Virus record (IMG/VR): IMGVR_UViG_3300036783_000226
Coordinates: 1-44,736 of that record
Length of the DNA: 44,736 nucleotides
DNA from: a virus
Lineage: Duplodnaviria > Caudoviricetes
Strand: one strand, 5' to 3'
Below the pieces are notes generated by a model. That model saw nothing but the letters and a program-made list of their open reading frames with translations, did not search any database and was not told the origin of the DNA. Both the position numbers and the translations under genes were made by a program. Positions 19,299 to 27,334 of the stretch are shown here, piece after piece; the first letter of the stretch is position 1; every line of letters begins with the position of its first letter.

Positions 19299-20075
19299 GT
19301 GCCCGCTACCGCAACCAGCCCCATCCCGGCCGTCGTCCCGCAGGAGTACGACCCGGCCGTCCCGCTGGACAGGCTCACCCCGCACCCCGCCAACCCCAAC
19401 CAGGGCGACCAGTCGCTGATCGCAGACCTGCTCGACGCCAACGGCTGGGTCGGCGCCGTCCTGGCGCAGAAGAGCACCGGCATCATGATCGATGGCGAGC
19501 ACCGCTGGCGCACCGCGAAGGCCAAGCAGATGCCCGCCATCCCGGTGATGTGGGTGGACGTGGACGACGACTCCCGGGACCGGTTCCTCGCCAGCCTGAA
19601 CGAGTCTGCCCGGCGGGGCCGCAACGACGAGGCCGCGCTGATCACCCTGCTGGAGGGCCTGGCCGGCACCCCCCGGGGCCTGCACGGCGCCGCGTTCGAC
19701 GGCGACGACCTGGACTCGCTGATCGCGGGGATGAACCGGGGCCTGGAGCTGGACGGCTCCCCGACCGGCGCCCGGTACGCCGAAGACCCCGAAGCGATGG
19801 ACGAGCGGGAGCAGCGGATCGCCGGGTACGCCGACCGCAAGCAGGCCGGCGCCCTGGTCGAGATGATCCTGGTGTTCACCGCCGACGACCGGGCCGAGGT
19901 CGGCGCGCTGCTCGACGACGCCCGCAAAATCCTCGGGGACGAGGAGATACGCGGCGCTGACCTGGTGCTCCGCGCGGTGCGGGTCATGGGCGCGGTGCTG
20001 GCCGCCCCGACCGCCTACCCGGACCTGACCGCGCTGACCAGGCCACTAGCGGCCGAGCCGGCGGCCGGGGCCTAA
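19299..20075 (+). CDS. ParB/sulfiredoxin-fold protein heading the modification operon
   Basis: LTPHPANPN...IDGEHRW...IPV; GGAGG RBS before GTG. Confidence 0.85.
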   Translation: MPATATSPIPAVVPQEYDPAVPLDRLTPHPANPNQGDQSLIADLLDANGWVGAVLAQKSTGIMIDGEHRWRTAKAKQMPAIPVMWVDVDDDSRDRFLASLNESARRGRNDEAALITLLEGLAGTPRGLHGAAFDGDDLDSLIAGMNRGLELDGSPTGARYAEDPEAMDEREQRIAGYADRKQAGALVEMILVFTADDRAEVGALLDDARKILGDEEIRGADLVLRAVRVMGAVLAAPTAYPDLTALTRPLAAEPAAGA

Positions 20076-20077
20076 GC

Positions 20078-21004
20078 ATGCCCGCGACGGCGCTGCGCCC
20101 GGCCGAGCCGGCCGTGCTGACCGACCTGGCCGCGTTCGCCCGCACCGAGCTCGCCGCCGGGGACATCGAGCCGTGGGCCGCGGTCCTGGCCGCCGCCCGC
20201 GGCGCGGGGCTGCTGCCGGGGGAGCGGGCGGCGTGGGCGGTCAAGGCGTACAACGCCTACGACGACCTGGCCTCCGCGTGGGCCCTGATCACCGCCTGGC
20301 CCACCCCCCAGGCGTGGGCGGAGGACCCGGGCGGCGTGCACGCCGCCGACTGGCCGTGCGGCCGGGAGCGGCGCAACCTGCGCGGCGGCCTGGTCGTCCG
20401 CCACTTCGCCTCGTACTGGCACGCCGTCGAGCTGTACGGCTCCCAGCAAGGGTGGCTGGCCGAGGCGTACCCGCCCCGCACCACCCCCCAAGGCGCATTC
20501 GAGCCGCTGCTGCGCTGGCTGCGGCAGGTCTGGGGGACCGGCCGGCAAGCCGCCTTCGAGTGGGCCGAATTCGCCGCCAAGGTCCTCGGCGCGGGAGTGG
20601 ACGCGCCGCACGGCGCGCTGTGGGAGTCCTCCGGGCCGCGCGAGTCCCTAGAACGGATCTACGGCTGCCCGGACCCGGGCCGGGCCTGGCTCGAGGACGC
20701 CGCCCACTCCTGCCGCGACCACCTCGCCGCGCACGGCGCGCCCCTGACCTGGTGGGACTTCGAGACGGTGATCTGCGACTTCAACGTGATGCGCAAGGGC
20801 CGCTACTACCCCGGCCAGCACCTGTCCATGATCAGCGAGGAAATCGCGCAGGCCGGCGACCCCGGCCTGGCCAAGGCGTACGCCGCCGCCATCCCGCCCG
20901 CCTGGCACGCCGCCCCGGCCGGCGTGGACAAGGCCCTGGCCCGGCACTACGCCGCCACCGGCAAGATCGCCACCCCGCCCGGCTGCCCGGCGGTGGCCGC
21001 ATGA
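20078..21004 (+). CDS. Amino acid:DNA transferase (aGPT-Pplase clade 2-like)
   Basis: GDIEP, GRERRNLRG, GRQAAFEWAE, SSGPR, ETVICDF...GRYYPG match the family pattern; context with kinase and TET/JBP. Confidence 0.75.
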   Translation: MPATALRPAEPAVLTDLAAFARTELAAGDIEPWAAVLAAARGAGLLPGERAAWAVKAYNAYDDLASAWALITAWPTPQAWAEDPGGVHAADWPCGRERRNLRGGLVVRHFASYWHAVELYGSQQGWLAEAYPPRTTPQGAFEPLLRWLRQVWGTGRQAAFEWAEFAAKVLGAGVDAPHGALWESSGPRESLERIYGCPDPGRAWLEDAAHSCRDHLAAHGAPLTWWDFETVICDFNVMRKGRYYPGQHLSMISEEIAQAGDPGLAKAYAAAIPPAWHAAPAGVDKALARHYAATGKIATPPGCPAVAA

Positions 21005-21030
21005 TCGGCCGCCGCATGATCGGCCGCCGC
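21001..21030 (+). repeat. Exact 15-bp tandem duplication ATGATCGGCCGCCGC x2
   Basis: Direct reading; encodes MIGRR twice. Confidence 0.9.
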
Positions 21031-21324
21031 GTCGGCTCTTTCACCGAGATTGAGCGGCCGGGCGACTACTACGGCCCGGTGAAGGGCTGGACCGGCGGCC
21101 TGGAAGCCTGCTTCTTCCTGAAGCCGAACGCCCGCGACGACGGCGTGCCGCCGCGGGCCCGCTCCGTCCAGCACGTCACGTTCCCGCCGCACACCTACCG
21201 GGAGTGCCCGGACGGGTCGCTGGAGATCCGCGCCAGCATCGGCAACCTGATCGGCGGCGACCCGGCCACCGACGACGGCTGGCACGGCTACCTCGATGAG
21301 GGACACGTCTGGAGGCAGGTATGA
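21001..21324 (+). CDS. Small DUF6527-like protein
   Basis: DGSLEIRASI...WHGYLDEGHVW; ATGA coupling. Confidence 0.55.
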   Translation: MIGRRMIGRRVGSFTEIERPGDYYGPVKGWTGGLEACFFLKPNARDDGVPPRARSVQHVTFPPHTYRECPDGSLEIRASIGNLIGGDPATDDGWHGYLDEGHVWRQV

Positions 21325-21364
21325 GCAGCTACGATACGGCCAGGACTGAAGGAGGCCACCTGAG

Positions 21365-22471
21365 ATGACCGCCACCGCCGCGGCGCCGGGCACCGCGCGG
21401 GACGCCGCCCGGTTCCTGAACGCCTACGCCCGCGCCTACTCCGCCGGCGCGTTCGCCACCCCCACCGCGTCCGACATGACCAAGCTGATCGAGGCGGGCC
21501 GGTGGCGGTTCGCCGCCGGCACCGCCCTGGTCGAGCGGACGCTGGAGCGCGACAGCTCCCGGCTGGACTTCACCGGCCGCCGGTACGACCTGCACGCCGG
21601 CTGGACCATCGCCGAGCACCTGTCCACCATGACCGGCCGGACCACGCTGCCCGACCTGGACCGCTACGACCGGGTCTACACCCACCTGGAGGACGTGAAC
21701 GTCACCAAGCAGCTCCGCATCCTCCAGCGCCGCGAGCTGGCCGCCGTCAAGATCTCCGCGTCCTCCGAGATCATCGGCTGCTGGGGGCGGGCCGGGGACC
21801 GGCACCGGTACGCCCCGCACGACACCGCCACCCTCACAAGGCTGGCCCTGCCGCCGCTCGACGTGGCCGCGGCCGCCGCCGAAGCCGCGAGCCTGGACGG
21901 GTGGCTGGATGACTTCCCCTACTACTCCGACGGGTCCTGGTCCGCCCTGTCGCTGCGGGGATTCAACCCGGCCGACCCCACCTGGGGCATCAAGCCCGCC
22001 GAGATGAGCAAGAACTGGCACAAGGCCCACCCCGGCGCCGCCGCCCTCACCACCTGCCAGTGGACGGTGCTGGCCGAACGCTGCCCCGCCACCGTCGATC
22101 TGGTCAACTCCCTCGGCTGGCGCCGGCTGGAGCGGGTCCGGCTGCTCCGCATGACCAGCAAGGGCCGGAAGGGGCACCTGGCCCGGCACACCGACGTGAC
22201 CGACCGGGCCGCCGGCACGAGGGACGGGCAGATCACCCGGTTCCACCTGCCGCTGATCACCCGCCCCTCGGTCACCATGTCCGCGTGGAACCTGCGCGGC
22301 GAGCAGGCCACCGCCCACCTGCCGCCCGGCACCTGCTGGTACCTCGACGCGCGCAAGCCCCACGCGGTGGACAACACGTCCGGCACGACCCGGATCCACC
22401 TGGTGATCGACGTGATCACCGACGAGCAGGTCCGGGCGGCGATCCGGGCCGGGACGGAGATGGCCGCTTGA
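21365..22471 (+). CDS. Two-domain protein with C-terminal aspartyl/asparaginyl beta-hydroxylase-like 2OG-Fe(II) domain
   Basis: WSALSL, RVRL, LARHTD (HxD), RFHLPLIT, KPHAVDN (distal His), RIHLVID. Confidence 0.8.
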   Translation: MTATAAAPGTARDAARFLNAYARAYSAGAFATPTASDMTKLIEAGRWRFAAGTALVERTLERDSSRLDFTGRRYDLHAGWTIAEHLSTMTGRTTLPDLDRYDRVYTHLEDVNVTKQLRILQRRELAAVKISASSEIIGCWGRAGDRHRYAPHDTATLTRLALPPLDVAAAAAEAASLDGWLDDFPYYSDGSWSALSLRGFNPADPTWGIKPAEMSKNWHKAHPGAAALTTCQWTVLAERCPATVDLVNSLGWRRLERVRLLRMTSKGRKGHLARHTDVTDRAAGTRDGQITRFHLPLITRPSVTMSAWNLRGEQATAHLPPGTCWYLDARKPHAVDNTSGTTRIHLVIDVITDEQVRAAIRAGTEMAA

Positions 22472-23052
22472 GCGCGCTGGTGTACCTGGCCGGGCCGCCC
22501 GGCGCGGGCAAGACCACGGTGATGGGCGCCCTCACCCACGGGTGCGACCGGCTGGCCCGCCGCACCCCGCTCCGGCACGACCTGCTGCTGGACCGGGACG
22601 GCATGACCGCCGGGATCGAGCTGGGCGCCCGCCGCGATCAGTTCGGCGGGACCGACGCGCTGCCGATGAACGTCGCGCCCGCCGCCCGCGCCTGGATGGC
22701 CGACCACCCCGCCCGCCTGGTCCTGGGCGAGGGCGACCGGCTGGCCATCATGAGCTTCCTGGACGCCGCCGCCGCCGCCGGCTACACGGTGCACCTGGTC
22801 TACCTGCACGCCGACCCGGCCACGCTGGACGCCCGCTGCGACGCCAGGGGCTCGGCCCAGAACCTCACCTGGCGGGCCGGCCGGGTCACCAAGGCCGCCC
22901 GGCTGTACGACGCCGCCGTGGCAGCGGGGCACGCCGCCACCCGGCTCGACACCGCCGCCCAGCCGCCGGGCCAGCTGGCCGCCACGCTGGCCGCGTCGGT
23001 CCCGGCCCTGGCCGCCCTGCCTGCCGGGAGGGCCCCCGCATGGCGGCGGTGA
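22468..23052 (+). CDS. P-loop nucleotide/DNA-base kinase
   Basis: GPPGAGKTT, FGGTDAL, EGDRL; TTG start overlapping upstream TGA. Confidence 0.8.
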   Translation: MSALVYLAGPPGAGKTTVMGALTHGCDRLARRTPLRHDLLLDRDGMTAGIELGARRDQFGGTDALPMNVAPAARAWMADHPARLVLGEGDRLAIMSFLDAAAAAGYTVHLVYLHADPATLDARCDARGSAQNLTWRAGRVTKAARLYDAAVAAGHAATRLDTAAQPPGQLAATLAASVPALAALPAGRAPAWRR

Positions 23053-24008
23053 CCGAGCTGCGGGTCCGCACCAAGGTGCCCGACCGCGACATGGAGGACC
23101 GGGCCGGGAAGTGCCCCGGCGACGCGGACTACGACGTGCTGCTCACCGGCCCCGCGAAGGTGGTCAAGCTGGACGGCCGGCCCCTCGCCGTCTACCTGCC
23201 CGCCGCCGTCGCCGCCGAGCTTGACAAACCGGGCATCTACGGCATCCTGCACGAGCTGCACGCCAACGTGTCCCGCAACCGCGGCCTGGCCTCCGGCTCG
23301 CCGCGTTTCCGCAGCAGGCAGACACGGTCCTACACCCGCCCGGTGTCGTCCGCGATCATCGGCGCGATCGACCCCGGCGGGCAGCAGCGGTACTGCCGCC
23401 TGACGTCCTGGACGGGCACCCACCTGCCCCAGTGGCAGGCCCTCCAGCCGCTCCTGGCCGCCATCGCCGGCCGGCTGGCCGAGCACGTGCCCGACCGGTA
23501 CGCCGCCCAGCTCGCCGAGGCCGACCGCACCGACCCGGCGTGGGTGGTGCCCGGAACCCCGTTCACCACCGTCACCGTCAACAACACCTTCAGCACCGGA
23601 ACCCACACCGACCGGGGCGACCTCGACGCCGGGTTCTCCACCATCTGCTGCGCCCGCAAAGGCCACTACGCCGGGGGCCGGCTCGTCTTCCCCCAGTACC
23701 GCATCGCCGCCGACCTCGGCCACGGCGACCTGATGCTGATGGACGCCCACGAATGGCACGGCAACACCCTGATCACCTGCCCGTGCGGCACACCCAACCA
23801 CGACGACAACCGGCGCGAGCACTACGGCCCGTGCACCACCTGCGGCGCCGAGAGAATCACCCTCGTCTCGTACTTCCGGACCAAACTGACCACCTGCGGC
23901 TCACCCGCCGACGAGCTGCGCCGGGCCGACGCCTACCGCGACCACGCCGAGCAGGCCGCCGCCGCCCGGTTCGACGCCGCCCGCCTCCAAGCCGGCGGCC
24001 CGCCGTGA
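23040..24008 (+). CDS. TET/JBP-family 2OG-Fe(II) dioxygenase
   Basis: CRLTSW, TPFTTVTVN, HTDRGD (HxD), GGRLVFP, EWHGNT, RITLVSYFR. Confidence 0.9.
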   Translation: MAAVTELRVRTKVPDRDMEDRAGKCPGDADYDVLLTGPAKVVKLDGRPLAVYLPAAVAAELDKPGIYGILHELHANVSRNRGLASGSPRFRSRQTRSYTRPVSSAIIGAIDPGGQQRYCRLTSWTGTHLPQWQALQPLLAAIAGRLAEHVPDRYAAQLAEADRTDPAWVVPGTPFTTVTVNNTFSTGTHTDRGDLDAGFSTICCARKGHYAGGRLVFPQYRIAADLGHGDLMLMDAHEWHGNTLITCPCGTPNHDDNRREHYGPCTTCGAERITLVSYFRTKLTTCGSPADELRRADAYRDHAEQAAAARFDAARLQAGGPP

Positions 24009-24093
24009 CCCTCGCGCACTGGGGCTCCTTCGCCGCCGGACTCCTCACCGGCATCTTCGCCGTCCTCGGCTGGCAAGCCGCCCGGAGGCACCG

Positions 24094-24342
24094 GTGACCC
24101 GCGCCGTGCTCACCGCCGCCCGCGGCGGCCTGACCGAGCTCCAGCTCACCCACGCCGGCCCCGGCCAGGCCATGACCGGCCACGACCTGGACGACCTGGA
24201 AGCCGCCCTGGCCCAGCGCAAAGCCCGCATCACCCCCTGCCCCGCCTACCGCGGCGACCACGCCTGCTGGCTCCCGTCCGGCCACAGCCCCGCCCGGCAC
24301 GCCTGCCGCGCCGGGCCCTGCCCCGAAACCTGGTGGGACTAA
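24094..24342 (+). CDS. Hypothetical Cys/His-containing protein
   Basis: Coupled via the tiny TM ORF 24005-24097. Confidence 0.5.
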   Translation: MTRAVLTAARGGLTELQLTHAGPGQAMTGHDLDDLEAALAQRKARITPCPAYRGDHACWLPSGHSPARHACRAGPCPETWWD

Positions 24343-24370
24343 ACCCCCCCAAACCACCCCAAACCACCCC
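24341..24370 (+). repeat. 10-bp tandem repeat AAACC(C/A)CCCC x3
   Basis: Direct reading, immediately upstream of terS RBS. Confidence 0.85.
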
Positions 24371-24382
24371 AGGAGACCCCCC

Positions 24383-25411
24383 GTGACCGCCCGCCTGGAC
24401 CCCCCCGACACCTTTGACGACGAACGCCGCGCCATCTGGGACGAAACCATCCGCGAGATGACCGCCGCCGGCCGCGTCTTCCGCTTCCCCCGCGAAACCC
24501 TCGTCGCCTACGTCGAAGCCGTCCGCTCCCAGCGCCAAGCCTCCCGCATCCTCGGCTCCACCGCCGTCCTGATCCAGCGCGACGGCCGGGCCGTGGAGAA
24601 CCCCGCCCTCGCCGTCCAGCGCCGCTCCGCCACCGCCGTCGCCCAGCTCGGCTCCAAGCTGGGCCTGGACCGGCACCCTGTAGGTCTGCCCGAGCCCCCG
24701 GACGCCTCGGGTGGCGCTAGGTGGTGTGACACCCACCACCGGCTGGAATGCATCCACCACCGGAACGCCCGCCGGTGCGAGTGCCCGTCGCGGGCGCTGC
24801 CGCCGCCGCCGGAGGGCTGCTGTCACGAGTCGGTGGTGGAGGGCACCAAGTCGTGCTATCACCACGCGGGCAAGACGCTGGCCAAGGCCAGGGCCGAGGG
24901 GCAGGTGAACCGGGCCCGGCTGTTCGGGGTGACGCCGGCTGACGTGACCGCCCCGGCCGCGCTGCTGGCCGAGGTGCGCCGGTCCGCCGCGCTGGTGGCG
25001 CTGTACGACAAGCTGCTGGCCGAGCTGGAGGACGAGGACACCGGGCGGCCGGGCGGGGGCCTGTGGTGGGGCGTGGTGCGGGAGACGACGCTGGACGGCG
25101 GGGTGATCGCGCGGGAGGCCAGGGCGGTGCCGCACGTGATCCTGGCCGCGTACAACGCCGAGCGGGACCGCCTGGTGCGGGCGTGCGCGGCGGCGATCAA
25201 CGCCGGCGCGCAGGCCGCCGCGGTGGACATGGCGAAGGAGATCGCCGGGGGGCTGGGCCGGCTGCTCGACGCGATCTTCGGCGGGCTGCTGGTGGTGCCG
25301 CCGGAGCTGGCCGGCGCGACGGCGGCGGAGCTGGTGGCGTGGCAGCACGACCGGGTGCCGGACGTGGTCCCGGCCGCGATCCGGGCGTGGGACCCGGCCC
25401 AGGCCGGGTGA
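24383..25411 (+). CDS. terS: Terminase small subunit: P27-like N-terminal domain fused to a Cys/His (CxxH.G) helical domain
   Basis: PPDTFDDERRAIW...LVAYVEA...ENPALAV...LGSKLGL (P27 pattern); CYHHAG...ERDRLVRACAAAINAG; AGGAG RBS. Confidence 0.75.
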   Translation: MTARLDPPDTFDDERRAIWDETIREMTAAGRVFRFPRETLVAYVEAVRSQRQASRILGSTAVLIQRDGRAVENPALAVQRRSATAVAQLGSKLGLDRHPVGLPEPPDASGGARWCDTHHRLECIHHRNARRCECPSRALPPPPEGCCHESVVEGTKSCYHHAGKTLAKARAEGQVNRARLFGVTPADVTAPAALLAEVRRSAALVALYDKLLAELEDEDTGRPGGGLWWGVVRETTLDGGVIAREARAVPHVILAAYNAERDRLVRACAAAINAGAQAAAVDMAKEIAGGLGRLLDAIFGGLLVVPPELAGATAAELVAWQHDRVPDVVPAAIRAWDPAQAG

Positions 25412-25431
25412 CCGCCCGGTGAACGGCAGGC

Positions 25432-25464
25432 GAAGTGGCGTAGTCACCGTGACTACGCCACTTC
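25432..25464. repeat. Perfect inverted repeat, 16-bp arms with 1-nt spacer
   Basis: GAAGTGGCGTAGTCAC-C-GTGACTACGCCACTTC. Confidence 0.95.
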
Positions 25465-25589
25465 TGACGGGGCCGGCCGTTATCGTGGATCGGGTAGCGG
25501 GCAGCGCACAGCGGTATCGGTCTAGACCCCGCCGTATCGCGTAGGGCTCTAGCAATGCCGGCCCATAGGGCACACGGCCGGCAGGGGAG

Positions 25590-25931
25590 GTGCCCGGAGT
25601 GAGCTGCGGGCTAGACCACGCTACCCGGCGGGCCCGGCTGGCCGAGGCGTTCGGCAGGCCGCGCCGGTTCGTCGCCGCCGACGCGCTGCGCCTGCTCGGC
25701 CTGCGCGAGGCGGTGCACCCGCGCGACGCGCTCGCCTACGCCTACCACGACCGGCGCGCGGCCGACGCCTGGGCCGCGTCGAACTGGGAGCACTACCGGC
25801 ACCCGCTGCTGGGCTGCCTGGTGGTGGAGGGCGCCGGCGTGGTCGGCGCGTACGACCTGCGCCCTATGCTGGCCGCGCACGGCTGCGAGCTGACCGACCC
25901 GGGCCTGCCGGACGACTGGTGCCCGGCCTGA
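25590..25931 (+). CDS. Hypothetical protein
   Basis: Start uncertain; TGATG coupling to next gene. Confidence 0.55.
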   Translation: MPGVSCGLDHATRRARLAEAFGRPRRFVAADALRLLGLREAVHPRDALAYAYHDRRAADAWAASNWEHYRHPLLGCLVVEGAGVVGAYDLRPMLAAHGCELTDPGLPDDWCPA

Positions 25932-26338
25932 TGCCCGGCCGGTACCGGCACCCGGAGGCGTTCTGTCTCATGCGGTACGCCGCCGACGACGGCACCGAGT
26001 CCGAGACGGTGTGGAACAGCCGGGACGGGGTGACCCCGTTCGTGATCACGCTGCGGTCGGGCAAGACCGCCACGCACGCGGACTGGCAGGGCGACTTGCG
26101 GATGCCCGAGACGTGGGCGCCGCCCCCGGGCATGCGCTACTTCGCGGACATGACCCCGGACCGGGCCCGCGTCCACGCCGAACGGGCCGTCGCCCGGTGG
26201 CTGGCCGACCCGCAGATGGGGCCGATGCTGCTCGACCGGTACGCCGACCGGGACGCCGCCGTGCTGGAGACGGCCCGGTCCTACCTGGAGCAGCCCGGCG
26301 CCCCGGATCTGATCGACCCGGCGGAGGACGGCCGGTGA
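25931..26338 (+). CDS. Conserved-looking phage protein
   Basis: EAFCLMRY...WNSRDGVTPFVI motif. Confidence 0.75.
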   Translation: MPGRYRHPEAFCLMRYAADDGTESETVWNSRDGVTPFVITLRSGKTATHADWQGDLRMPETWAPPPGMRYFADMTPDRARVHAERAVARWLADPQMGPMLLDRYADRDAAVLETARSYLEQPGAPDLIDPAEDGR

Positions 26339-26985
26339 GCGGCGGCCCGGACGACCCGGTCGCCGCGGCGTGCCAGGCGCTGGCGGAGTACCTGCACCGG
26401 CTGGAGCACCTGGTGTGGCAGGCCGACACCGACGGCGGCTCGCCGGCCGGGCTGGTGTCCCGGCACGCCGCCGCGCCGCTGCCCGGCAACCCGGCCGCGC
26501 TGATGGCGCTGATGGACGCCTGGGAGGGCGTGCCCCGGCTGGAGGCCCGCGTCATGTACGCCCTGTTCGGCCACCCCGGCCGGCGCCGGGGCGGGTCGGC
26601 CGGCAACATGGCCAAGGCGCTGCGCCACCTGCCCGACCTGGCCACCGACCTGTCCGACGACGACGTGGGCCGGGTGATCGCCGCGCTGGACCGGTGGATC
26701 AACGGGGCCCGCGCCGTCCGCGCCATCGACGAGACCCACCGATGGCGCCCGCTCCCCAGGCGGGCCGGTGAGGCGCTGCCGCCCCGCTGCCCGGTGTGCC
26801 TGTGCTTCCAGCTCCGGGTGGACATCGACGCCCGGCCCATGCTGGTGCAGTGCCGGGTTCCGGGTTGCGAGGACAAGACCGGGGAGCGGCCGGTAGCGTT
26901 CTTGACCACGGATCCCGGCGGCCGGCCGCAGCTGGCCTGGAATGACGGCACCGTCGAGACCGCCCCGGACCTGACCGGCGACTGA
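26335..26985 (+). CDS. Zinc-ribbon protein, possible late-transcription regulator
   Basis: CPVC...CRVPGC; GTGA coupling; position before late region. Confidence 0.65.
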   Translation: MSGGPDDPVAAACQALAEYLHRLEHLVWQADTDGGSPAGLVSRHAAAPLPGNPAALMALMDAWEGVPRLEARVMYALFGHPGRRRGGSAGNMAKALRHLPDLATDLSDDDVGRVIAALDRWINGARAVRAIDETHRWRPLPRRAGEALPPRCPVCLCFQLRVDIDARPMLVQCRVPGCEDKTGERPVAFLTTDPGGRPQLAWNDGTVETAPDLTGD

Positions 26986-27334
26986 CGTGGGAGGCGCCCA
27001 TGCCCGCCGCGGACGCCACGCCCGAGCGCCCCGGCACGTACGGCCCCGCCACGCCGGGGCGCCGCCGGGGTGGCCGCTGGCCGCCGCCGCCCTGCTCACC
27101 CTGGCCGGGTGCTGGCTGGTGATCGCCAGCCCCCCAGCCGCCGGCTACGCCGCGTTCGCCGCCGGGCTCGGCTGGGCCGCCCGCCGCGCCCGCGCCGAGC
27201 ACCGGCACCACAGACTGGCCCGCCCGGGGCCGGGGCCCGCCGGCGTGTCACAAGCTGCCCGCTTCGACGCCGGCGGGCCATCATAGACCCCATGACCGAC
27301 ACCGACACCGGCCTGGACCCGCTGCCCGGCCAGC

